DNA of 63,932 nucleotides, counting the filler, from Corallochytrium limacisporum Hawaii (taxonomy: Eukaryota; Protista; Pluriformea): NCBI GenBank assembly GCA_002811645.1. It is 5 parts of 5 records of this genome, joined end to end, with 100 filler letters (N's around TTAATTAATTAA, not from the genome) between each part and the next. Parts side by side here need not be neighbours in the genome. Positions count along the whole stretch, not along the records: positions 1 to 25,978 come from PDIP01000132.1; 4 more parts are not named here. The stretch is one strand, 5' to 3'. The translations under genes were made by a program, and so were the position numbers. A model generated the notes under the pieces. The model had not been told where the DNA came from and did no database searches. It saw only the letters and a program-made list of their open reading frames with translations. This document shows positions 1 to 9,498 of the stretch, in pieces; the first letter of the stretch is position 1; every line of letters starts with the position of its first letter.

Positions 1-14
1 CCTAACCCTAACCC
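1..14 (+). repeat. Telomeric repeat (CCCTAA)n at contig start
   Basis: cctaaccctaaccc at the very start of the window; TTAGGG-type telomere unit, only about 2.3 copies retained. Confidence 0.8.
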
Positions 15-215
15 TTTTCCGTGCTCCGTGTACTAACGCAGCTGTCCTTGAAACAAATTGCAGGGCTGAAGGCTTTATTTCGTTCGGAGTAGAGCAATTT
101 ATTTGCTTAGGCCATTCATGGAAACTCTATCTAGATAGTGTCGTATGCACAAGCCTGCCGTGAAGGCCCGGAATGTGAGCACACCTGCCGGTCACAACCA
201 TGTGCAAAATGTGAT

Positions 216-653
216 CTAAACGTTTCTGCAATAGATAGGAGAAAAATCGTTTAGATTGTCAGAAAATCGGGCATAGACTTGGTTGCCGTCAGGGCCGTTA
301 GCTACGCAGGCGTAGTAGGTTTTTCCAGCGTCCACGTCACGATGAGCCGGGGTCAGGTCACTGGATCGGTGATCAGTCGAACACCATGCGACGTTTAGTT
401 TAGACTTGCTGTTGGCATATTTGTGGGTATACTCGTGCCCCGAGTCCAAACTACCTTCTACGTGACACATTTCAGAGTACGTATGCCCATTGCACCATTT
501 CTTTGCGGCAACCCCACCACATCCCACGGCACGGAAAATAAGAGAAATTTTAAGATTCGGATCAGCACTGATATTTTTTACCTTTACATCCTTCGATGCC
601 ATGACGCTCAGGATGGCGAACATAGCAATGAAAATAGCCTGGAAAATCTTCAT
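216..653 (-). CDS. Small secreted cysteine-rich protein (145 aa), unknown function
   Basis: ATG in caccATG context, hydrophobic signal peptide MKIFQAIFIAMFAILSVMA, 6 Cys, TATA-like GTATTTAAGG at 801-810. Confidence 0.75.
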   Translation of the reverse strand: MKIFQAIFIAMFAILSVMASKDVKVKNISADPNLKISLIFRAVGCGGVAAKKWCNGHTYSEMCHVEGSLDSGHEYTHKYANSKSKLNVAWCSTDHRSSDLTPAHRDVDAGKTYYACVANGPDGNQVYARFSDNLNDFSPIYCRNV

Positions 654-1252
654 GGTGGTCTAAATGTCGGGGATTCGGGGTTGATCAGAAAACTGAATAT
701 GTGAATATGACGAGACGGTCGAGGATGCTTTTTGCGGTGTGGCGTACTGGGAGTAGATTGTTCCTGCGCGTTTAAAATCTCTAGATACCATTGAATGGAG
801 CCTTAAATACCTCCCGTTCAATATTCCTGTCGTTGGGATCGGTCGATCCCATGCATGTGGATTTTCGCTGGGAATCTTGACTGCTCCATTCACAACTACA
901 TCAATCATTCGGTGTTGAAAGCGTGGCCCCTCTATTTCCATTCCTTTGCCGTTGTCATTAGTAGATACCTGAGCAACTTGTTAGATTTAACTGAGATAAA
1001 GACGTCTGATCATGCTATGTTATTGTGGCATGTTAGTCGTTCAAATCAGATGCTCTTTCTGGTGAACAGGATGTACAGTTTTGTGACCTCCAACAATTCT
1101 ACGGAGTCACCACCCTTGGCTACTGGATAGTGTAGCAAGACGACTGATCAATAGCGGGTTAACTCTAGTTGTATTCGGGTAAGTTTGGCAATTGAACCCC
1201 TGACAAGGATGAGACCAACAACGTCGGCTACACCAACGCCTTTCGTTTAGGT

Positions 1253-1744
1253 ATGGTGGCACAATCCCGTTATGGCAAATCCCTTCAACCACTTGGACAT
1301 ACAATGAGAAATTCAGTCTGCAAGAAAAGTTTTAAAGAAATTTTCTTGCAATCCACTTCCTACTATAAGTCCTACCACAGAGTATGTCATCCATCTCGTA
1401 CGGACTATTATGCTTTACCAATAGAATATTTATTTAATCCATACCATATGTTCGATTCATTTGTCAGTGGCGGAAAGGTCATATGTTTATACATCTGTAA
1501 AGAATCAGATTTCAAAATATTTGTAGATTGTCTATCCCAGCGGATAAATGAACATGTATATTTGAATATTGTAAATCATGAGTTCTACTGGATTAGACAA
1601 ACCGGAGGGTGGTACCATCCATACCTAGATGGACACCTAAATTATATCCTATTGCGCAGATGGATTGGTCGGAATGGTTTGACGTGCGCATTGCGCGGGC
1701 GACCGACATTTCGGACTTCGGGGGAACACTACTCTTCACACTAG
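1253..1744 (+). CDS. Hypothetical Tyr/Ile/Phe-rich ORF in an AT-rich island
   Basis: 163-codon open frame across a visibly AT-rich stretch (about 1320-1650); no recognisable motif. Confidence 0.3.
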   Translation: MVAQSRYGKSLQPLGHTMRNSVCKKSFKEIFLQSTSYYKSYHRVCHPSRTDYYALPIEYLFNPYHMFDSFVSGGKVICLYICKESDFKIFVDCLSQRINEHVYLNIVNHEFYWIRQTGGWYHPYLDGHLNYILLRRWIGRNGLTCALRGRPTFRTSGEHYSSH

Positions 1745-3370
1745 GTCGGAAGAGACGCGTATTGTTTGACATGGTCATCCTCACTTCCGCATTACTCAAT
1801 ATCATCTGGTGCATCATGAACATACAATGTTATTTACCTTTAGATTGCCAGCTAAGTGCCGCCCACTTGGCTGTATTTTGTTCCCGACGTCACTACTTCG
1901 TTTGGGGCACAAATTGTCCGATTATGGACAACCCCGATCTGAAACGGGACAAGTAATCCTGTGAAAGTTCACTGCCGGCTCGGTGCATAGATACGAGAAA
2001 GGAAGGGGAAACAGGGAAAAGGGGGTTACGGAGGGGGAGGAAGGCCTCCAGGGCCCAATGGCATGACTGAGACCGTCCCCGCTGCTCACGCCAAACACGC
2101 ACTCACTCACCCATCCAGCCTCTCACTCACTAACAAAACCACACGAGGAGGGCGGTGAACGGATTGAGTTTTATAGGTATACATGGAATGGTGAACAGTG
2201 CTGGTGGCAAGAAGTTCTGTGGCGTGGTAACCGCATTCTGCTGAGCTTACGAAACGATTAATGACACGATGATTACGGCAACTGCAGAATGCCGGTAGGA
2301 TGCCAAAGGGTCATATAGCAAGGTGTTCGAATGTCAGAGATAACCAAGAATGGCTGAGTGTATACGTGTCGGGAACCGTGAAGGTCGCACTATTGATTCC
2401 CCTCATTCTGTGTTGAGTACGCTGTACACTTTTTGGGTGGGTCCATCGAGGGTGTTGTGGATGTATTGGTGTCATCATCTTAGCACACGCAGCGGCAATA
2501 CTTTCGCAGGTACTAATAGCTATCTGGTCTGCCCTTGTCTTACTACAAATGCCGCTTCCATCACCGAACAATCTAGTATCCTGTTCGTGCGCGGTGCCAT
2601 CTTAAGACAAGCGTAGCTGGAATCTGGTCGTGGCAGGGTCGAACTGTCCATGGATCCTTGTGTCACTTCGCTCTCTCGTGTCACGGTTTACGGGAATAGA
2701 CAAGCAACAGGATACAACTGCTATTGATAACTTTTGCGAGAACCAAAAACAGTGGGTTCCATCTGCGTGTTGCAGTTTATCTTGAGTCGATAGTGTCTGA
2801 TCGTTGCGTGGTTGAAGCACGATCCCATCTTCCAAGAGTTCGCTTGGGAACTATGTCATGTACTCTTTCCCACCAACAACGGTTGTAGGAAATATCGGGT
2901 AACCAACTAGAATCTCTAGCGTCCTAAACCACGGTGGACCTTCAAAGGACACGAAGACCCGTCGTGGGACCTTCCCGCCGATCTTGGTGCGCTATGAACA
3001 GCCCAAAAGCAGTAAAATCTCTATGAGCCGCATGATAATGTCTGCCAATCCATTGTTGCAAATTGTTCTGGACATCGTACAAAAAAGTAATAGCGAGTAG
3101 CCTGACAGTGCAGAGGAGGGTCGAAATGGGAGTGAAAACTCCTTCGCTGTGGCGTGTACACATAGCGCTATGGGAACAGATTGACACAATGACTGAAGTT
3201 GACCGTTAATGGAAATTGATGCGCTCTAGTATTAGGTTGAGTTTGGTTTTTACCGTCGATACACTCAATGCCTCAGAAAGCGAATCTATTTAAGGGATTC
3301 CTCCAGATCATCAGACGCAAAGGTCCCAACGTATGCAATACCACTTAGAGTTCTGCTCAAGAAAGAAGTC

Positions 3371-4705
3371 ATGTACTGTCATTTCCTGAATATTCCCCTT
3401 GCCGCCACTATGTTGGTTCATATGGCCCATGCTGTACCGACGAGCTTCGCAAAAGAACAGATGGAGCTTCCAGCATCTGTAAATGAAGATCTTGGTTTCG
3501 GATCTTGCTATCCTGCCAGTGATTCCTGTACTAACGAACTCTTGAAGAAAGGTTACTACTACGACCCTGCTGGCATCTATGCTTTGCAAACTGGTACATG
3601 CAACACTACTCCTATCGCTATAAAACTGGTTGAGGAGAAAAACAACCTTGAAACTTATATTCTGAAGTACATTGGTAACTTCATCTGGCAGGGCCACGGT
3701 ATGACTGCCAACGACAAGTCCTGGTGGTCCGCCATGTTCAAGTTCACCAGTATCTTCGGTCCGCTCCTGCAGGCTCCATTTTTCGACAAGTCTATCTCTG
3801 TCTCTGATCTCTCCGACTACCGTGAAGAGCTTGCCAACGTGCTAACCGGAATGTCCCCCGATGAATGGCCCTGCGCCACCAATGCGACTGGCCAGGTTGA
3901 TAAGGTGCCATATTACATTTCCCTTGGACTGCACAACGGCGCCTTCCTGCCGAGTCCTGAGCCAACTCAGGTGCAGACCAATTGGTGGACCCTTGACTAC
4001 ACGTACCAGCCGGTTGATTTGCAGTACGCACCTAACGGCAACAATTCGCCCGAATGTGATTCTAAGAAAATCGCTTACTCCCAGAGTGTGACCAATACGA
4101 CGTCAATTTCGACCACTGATACGATCTCCAATGGCTACGAGTATTCGGAAGAGTTTAAGGTCTCTGCATCAGTCGAAGGATCCTTGTACGGAATGGACGT
4201 TGGCCTTGAGGCTTCCCTCACATCTAGCTTCACCGAAAGTGTGCAAACCACGTACAGTACCACCACCAACCAGGAGCTCAGTACCACCACCCAGGTGACC
4301 CACGATGTTTGTGCCCACCTGCCACCGGAGTCGTTCACCAATGTCACTCAGTTCGTACAGCAGATCCACGCCACTGTAGGTTACACCAATGATGTCCAAT
4401 ATGAGCAAGAGATCGAAGTTGTACCGTACGTATCCACAGTCGGTGTCAATAATCACCACACTACTCTACGAGAAGTTATTGCTCTAGTCAACAAGGCGGC
4501 GGGTTTGCTCGGTGTTGACCTCTCTGACATGTTCCAGAACGTCATCACCACTGCAAGCGTCACAGGCAAATACAAGGGCAAGCAGGGTCTCCAGGTCTCC
4601 GTTGACATTAACAGTTGCAGTGCCGCTGATGTCAACAGGTCCTGCACCCCTGAGGAGGCGCTTTTGTACCCACCTTCGTACCGTGCACAATGTGGAAGCT
4701 GTTAG
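3371..4705 (+). CDS. Secreted ETX/MTX2-type (aerolysin-fold) beta-pore-forming toxin-like protein
   Basis: Signal-peptide-like N-terminus; Ser/Thr-rich tracts (SQSVTNTTSISTTDTIS; TTYSTTTNQELSTTTQ) flanking an alternating amphipathic hairpin (EEFKVSASVEGSLYGMDVGLEASLTSSF), then LPPESFTNVTQ and a distal TGKYKG strand, the typical ETX/MTX2 layout. Confidence 0.75.
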   Translation: MYCHFLNIPLAATMLVHMAHAVPTSFAKEQMELPASVNEDLGFGSCYPASDSCTNELLKKGYYYDPAGIYALQTGTCNTTPIAIKLVEEKNNLETYILKYIGNFIWQGHGMTANDKSWWSAMFKFTSIFGPLLQAPFFDKSISVSDLSDYREELANVLTGMSPDEWPCATNATGQVDKVPYYISLGLHNGAFLPSPEPTQVQTNWWTLDYTYQPVDLQYAPNGNNSPECDSKKIAYSQSVTNTTSISTTDTISNGYEYSEEFKVSASVEGSLYGMDVGLEASLTSSFTESVQTTYSTTTNQELSTTTQVTHDVCAHLPPESFTNVTQFVQQIHATVGYTNDVQYEQEIEVVPYVSTVGVNNHHTTLREVIALVNKAAGLLGVDLSDMFQNVITTASVTGKYKGKQGLQVSVDINSCSAADVNRSCTPEEALLYPPSYRAQCGSC

Positions 4706-5454
4706 AGGATGAGACTGCCTATGGTTTTCTTTTGCACGCAACGGCCTCCGAACCATATTCGTTGTCGACTAAGTTTTCCTGAATGAGTTCGAACGGGTTT
4801 GGGGTAACTAGAGATTCAATATTTGGTGCCTAGTCTTAAGAGCTCAAGTGCTCGAGTTTCTGTTAGGAGCGTATCCTCAGCAATTCAATTTTGGAGCGCC
4901 ATCTCAAGAGGAGAAATGTGGACGTTCACTTCACATCATGAGCGCAATTTACCATGATATACGCATCTGGTCCAGTTAAACTCCACTTTTTCTCAACCTG
5001 TAGTGAATAAACGCACCTAAGCTCAGCAGATGATGTGTTCTGGTGCCGGCCGAAAATATCGGACAGTGAGAATCTGTCAGCCACAACCTTTTTGGTAACT
5101 CTAGCTGGAGGCGAGAATTAACAAGGACTATACCGAGGTACCAACATAAATAGTCATTTGCAAATGGCCTTAGATACTTCCGTTCCGTGACTTCAACACT
5201 ACAGTCAAGTACACGATTGCACGAGCACACTTCTTGGGCATCAATCACAGACAACAAGTCCTGTATTCACGGGACGGAAAACGTCGCGGTTTCTCAAACA
5301 AAGGGAGCTCATGGCTCTAAACCTCCCTCAAAACCTCGCTTGAATCTCTCCTTTGGAACCGATCCTGGGAGTGTTGCTCCTCAATGCGACTCTCTAGTGG
5401 GAATCCTATGGTTCCAAAAATTGTTGGAAGATTTATTTGTACGCGACTGTCGCA

Positions 5455-8400
5455 TCACAGGGAATCGCATTCGGTTGACTCTGAAACTGGCATGACGCGA
5501 TTTGTGCGGTATCGTTGGTTCACGTCAAATGCAGCATAAATGATCAGAAGTGTAGGTAAGGCCACAAGGTATATGGCATCGTATGGAAGATCCACGGTGC
5601 CGTAACCTAGAGGGCTATAAGTGAAGATTCCGGTTGTCAGCCAACAGTGGAATGCACCCATGACCCGCTCGTCGCAACCTATGGAGGAAGGATAGAGAAT
5701 CATCTGGGCGGTCATGCGCATACCCATAGCGTACGGGTTCAGCCGGAGGATGACTACTGAGAATATGGGGCCGAAGGCAGCCACGGGTATAAGACCACCC
5801 GAACATGCAAAGCACAAGATGAGGACAACGGTCACTGCCGCGAGCCAATTATACGGTCTCGCCCGGCCGCCAATAATTGCGATCATGGTGGAAAATGTAA
5901 ACATTCCACACAACCAGATGGCGGCCATAATCGACAGAGTGGGTACCGCTTCATAGTGCGGCAACGAGCTTGTCGCCAAGAAGAACGGAATGGCTCCGGC
6001 ATATACGGACAAAGCGATGGCTACACTTTCACGATGGATCAGGCCGGCAATAAATCGCATGAGGGTCATGTCCCCTTTGATACTCTCAGCTGCGTACTTG
6101 GGGAGGTGAAGTCGGAACATATTCGTAAATTGGCGGATTATCAGGCTGCAGGCAGCAGCAGTGGTGACCATCAAGATTAGTGAAGGCATAAATGCCATAG
6201 CCTTCTCCAAGGAGGTCAGTGTCCCGCCCAAGAAAATGAGCCCAAGACCTATTCCAGTGATAAGAGAAACGAAAAGTGGCAGAAACATGAATGCAAGACT
6301 CTCCACTCTGATCATCTCGTACTGCTCCAGAGAGTAGCGACACAACCATGAAATCGCTCCTGTTTCAGATGACACACTTCGTGTTTGCTTTGTACTGCTG
6401 CCCTTTTGGCCAGACCCAGTCACTTTCGAACCATCGCTGTTCCTTTCCAAGTCAATAAGTACAACTGTGCCATGTCTTCCGGTTGTGTCATGCTCTGAAC
6501 CCCTCCCAGACGTTTCGAGAGTCTGTTGTGTCCACGACAATGATGTCTTTTGTCCCATTATAGACCCTGGTACTGACAAGGAGGGTGAAGTTCTTCCCTC
6601 TACCAATGAGTTCTGCAAGCAAGCTCCGCTGTTCATCTCCTCGGCTGCGTCCAGGGCATCAACATTCAGAATGTCATGGCAAGTTGAATTGAACCTGAGT
6701 AGGGGTACGGTTTGTGAATTTTGCAAACAATCAAGGATAGCATCCGCTGGAGCGCGTTTGAACCGGTTGATCATGAGCTCCAAGGAAGAAGATTGTGACG
6801 GTGAAGCTGAGACTAAAGTCCCACTCAAGGCGCTTGCACTGCCGGAATCGTCGGTGTCTACAGAGTTCGCGGCCTGCAGGGCCACATTCTCGTAGTACAG
6901 AGTAGTATGCTTACGGCAGCCTGTAAAGTCAATATATCCATCTCGCATAATCATGAGGCGGTCAAATAGTTGATATATCTCATCTCGGGGCTGATGTACT
7001 ACAACAAGAACAATGCAGTTGCGCGTTCGAGCAATGTGGCGCAGGCGCAGAGCTAGTGAAAGCGCACTACTCGCATCCAGTGCCGAAGTTGGTTCATCAA
7101 GAACGAGTACTTTTGGCTGCTTGAGCAGCTCTTTGGCCACTGCAAGCCGCTTGGCTTCACCACCGGAAAGGCGCTCCACTGGTGTATCCAAAACGTCAAT
7201 GAGGCCCATTTCCGCAGCTAACCTATGAAGGTGGTTGACAGCTAGCGGCCCCTCACAGGACTGCCCAATGTTGGGATAACAGCGCAGGTGAGCATGCACG
7301 AGGGTCTCCCGGACTGTCAGCGTCGGGATCAGGTACTCCTGCTGGCGCACGTACCCAGTCATGGCTTGTAAATCCGGCTGCGATATGGAGTGAAAGCTTT
7401 GACAGCCGTACCATATGGCACCAGACTGCTGCAGTCTACGTGATGTCAGATGACCGATTAAAGTTTTGAGCAAGGTGGTCTTTCCGCAGCCTGACGGTCC
7501 AAGTATGGCGGTCATCTGTCCTGGCTCGACAGAGCCGCTAATGCCGTTCAGAATAGTCTTATGAGGCCGCTTGCCTCTTTCAGCTTCGTTCACAGTAGAT
7601 GTCACGTGCTGCATGACAGACACCTTAGGGTCTTTGAATGTAACTGTCATTGCGTCATGGGTAAACACCGCAGGAGGACAATCAAATTTGGATTCAATTT
7701 GCACGGGAACCATCCGATTCTGGTCAATTTTCCGTCGTAAGAACGGGCCTACCAGCAATGAGTGCAAAATTCTGTGGTACCACGCAGTGTTAACATATCG
7801 CACATTTTCAGCAGCTAGGTTTATCTTTCTGTCGTTGTTGGCCAAGACGGTGGGCGGTGCGAGTAAAAGCTCTTGCCATAAATGGGTGACACCTCTTACC
7901 ATGGTATAGCCGAAGAGCACTAGCAAAGCTAAAGTCATGGTCATGAGGCTTACGATACTGAGAAAGATGTAGGCGAAGAGTGTGAAGCCTAAGCTGTTGT
8001 TGTCGACATTCCAGGCGGGTCCAGTGATATCGGCTAGGTAGTATGGGCATGTTGGATTACATTCCATCATATGACAGGTGTCTTGAACCGACTGGATGTC
8101 CTGTGCGTAGCTTAGGTCGGAGTTCATGACTGCCAAAGACCATGCTCCAACGGAACTGAGCCATTTGCTGAAGAAATTTCGTGCTGTTATCTCCTCAACA
8201 ACCTGACCGTCAGTGTCACGATACTGCACTGCGAAATCCGAGGGAAGGCCGAGTCTGATCGTTTTCTCCCGCTCCGCGACAATGTCAGCGTCGTAGAAGA
8301 GGTTGAGAATAATTTCCTGACTATTAGCAGACATCGGGCTTAGCACATGACTTGCGCATGACGCCTGAAAAACGTAGTAGGGCGCAGGTAGTTCGGATGA

Positions 8401-8466
8401 AACTTCGTTCTCGATATGAGCAAGATGTAAACTACGTTCGATTTTGCGCAAGATAATGTCACGCAC
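5455..8466 (-). CDS. ABCG-family half transporter with an extra N-terminal TM helix; 3' part of an esterase-ABCG fusion
   Basis: Walker A GPSGCGKT, Q-loop GYVRQ, signature LSGGE, Walker B VLVLDEPT, H-loop VVHQP, C-terminal ~6-TM domain; the frame opens with GTG directly after TAA 8467-8469 and its first ~140 aa are the C-terminus of a pectin-acetylesterase/Notum domain (FQASCASH, CNPTCP). Confidence 0.9.
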   Translation of the reverse strand: MRDIILRKIERSLHLAHIENEVSSELPAPYYVFQASCASHVLSPMSANSQEIILNLFYDADIVAEREKTIRLGLPSDFAVQYRDTDGQVVEEITARNFFSKWLSSVGAWSLAVMNSDLSYAQDIQSVQDTCHMMECNPTCPYYLADITGPAWNVDNNSLGFTLFAYIFLSIVSLMTMTLALLVLFGYTMVRGVTHLWQELLLAPPTVLANNDRKINLAAENVRYVNTAWYHRILHSLLVGPFLRRKIDQNRMVPVQIESKFDCPPAVFTHDAMTVTFKDPKVSVMQHVTSTVNEAERGKRPHKTILNGISGSVEPGQMTAILGPSGCGKTTLLKTLIGHLTSRRLQQSGAIWYGCQSFHSISQPDLQAMTGYVRQQEYLIPTLTVRETLVHAHLRCYPNIGQSCEGPLAVNHLHRLAAEMGLIDVLDTPVERLSGGEAKRLAVAKELLKQPKVLVLDEPTSALDASSALSLALRLRHIARTRNCIVLVVVHQPRDEIYQLFDRLMIMRDGYIDFTGCRKHTTLYYENVALQAANSVDTDDSGSASALSGTLVSASPSQSSSLELMINRFKRAPADAILDCLQNSQTVPLLRFNSTCHDILNVDALDAAEEMNSGACLQNSLVEGRTSPSLSVPGSIMGQKTSLSWTQQTLETSGRGSEHDTTGRHGTVVLIDLERNSDGSKVTGSGQKGSSTKQTRSVSSETGAISWLCRYSLEQYEMIRVESLAFMFLPLFVSLITGIGLGLIFLGGTLTSLEKAMAFMPSLILMVTTAAACSLIIRQFTNMFRLHLPKYAAESIKGDMTLMRFIAGLIHRESVAIALSVYAGAIPFFLATSSLPHYEAVPTLSIMAAIWLCGMFTFSTMIAIIGGRARPYNWLAAVTVVLILCFACSGGLIPVAAFGPIFSVVILRLNPYAMGMRMTAQMILYPSSIGCDERVMGAFHCWLTTGIFTYSPLGYGTVDLPYDAIYLVALPTLLIIYAAFDVNQRYRTNRVMPVSESTECDSL

Positions 8467-9498
8467 TTATCCATCCTGGGTGTTGAAAAGCTGTAAGGCC
8501 TGTGCAGCCGTTCCATCAGTGCCAATGCTGGCACTGTGAAAGTCATTGCGATTGCTCCCCTCAGGATTGCGCCCAAGTTTCTCCTTTGCATACATTTCCA
8601 GGTATACAAAGTTCTGGAATGTGTCAAAGCGGCTCTGAAGCACAAATATCGGATGTGACTGTTCAAGGAGCGAAATCATGTACTCTTGTTCGATACATTC
8701 GCTACCATAACTATCTTCGGACGCAGTCTGTTGGCACGACATTTTGAATCCAACCATGTTTAGAAAGGGATCTATAAGTTCCGTCATGCCACGGTAGCCT
8801 GGGGCAAGGTCATTTTGATCCAGCGAGGGAAGTTTGGAGTCGAGAAAGTCGCCGGAATCGAGATACAAGGCCACTTTGTGGCCTTGCAGCACAGGATTTT
8901 TGGCATGGTTCATGGCTCCGATTGCACCAGCAGACGATCCAGCCAGTAGAATCCTGGTGTCGCTGTCATCGATGTTGCTGGCGCCCACTGCGTCGTATGC
9001 CAGCCGAAGGGCCGTCGTCACAAGGTTTTGCCCACCAAAGTACCGTGTCTGACCATTGTCGCCCTCGTACGTTGTGTTACCTAAGAAAAAGTCCTGCGTA
9101 CAGTAGGGAACCGAAATATGCAAGCAGCAGAACAGGTCTGGGTTTTCATCCACATTGCCACTTAGCAACCATGACACGTTATGGACGGACTCAAACTCCG
9201 CACTGGATGTCAAGTCACGGTAATTGGGGTCGGCGAGAGTCGACTCGCATTCCTCCTTGTCGTAGCAGGCACCGCCTGAATTCAGATACACAACAGCACA
9301 GTTTGGCACTGTTCCAGCTTTCTCAAATACTGCCAAATCATGGAAAAGGGCAGCTTGCGAACCGTCCAAGCAGTGTGACTCCGAGGCAAACTCCCTCGTG
9401 AGCTGCCAGACACTACCTACATTCGATGACAAAAGTGGGTTTGTGGATGTACATACCGTGTTGAGCATGGTTTTCAGCCCACATCCATTCTTAGTCAC
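8467..9498 (-). CDS. Pectin acetylesterase/Notum-family alpha/beta hydrolase domain, cut by an in-frame TAA before the catalytic His; possible pseudogene
   Basis: YLNSGGAC (oxyanion loop), VPYCTQDFFLG, LLAGSSAGAIG (nucleophile), SRFDTFQ (catalytic Asp); first in-frame ATG at 9468 and no intact signal peptide. Confidence 0.8.
   Translation of the reverse strand: MTKNGCGLKTMLNTVCTSTNPLLSSNVGSVWQLTREFASESHCLDGSQAALFHDLAVFEKAGTVPNCAVVYLNSGGACYDKEECESTLADPNYRDLTSSAEFESVHNVSWLLSGNVDENPDLFCCLHISVPYCTQDFFLGNTTYEGDNGQTRYFGGQNLVTTALRLAYDAVGASNIDDSDTRILLAGSSAGAIGAMNHAKNPVLQGHKVALYLDSGDFLDSKLPSLDQNDLAPGYRGMTELIDPFLNMVGFKMSCQQTASEDSYGSECIEQEYMISLLEQSHPIFVLQSRFDTFQNFVYLEMYAKEKLGRNPEGSNRNDFHSASIGTDGTAAQALQLFNTQDG

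Noticed and set aside
8467-8469. Alternative genetic code (TAA as sense) to explain the in-frame stop
   Set aside because: TAA terminates the PhyH and flippase genes at plausible ends, and other long genes have no internal TAA/TAG/TGA
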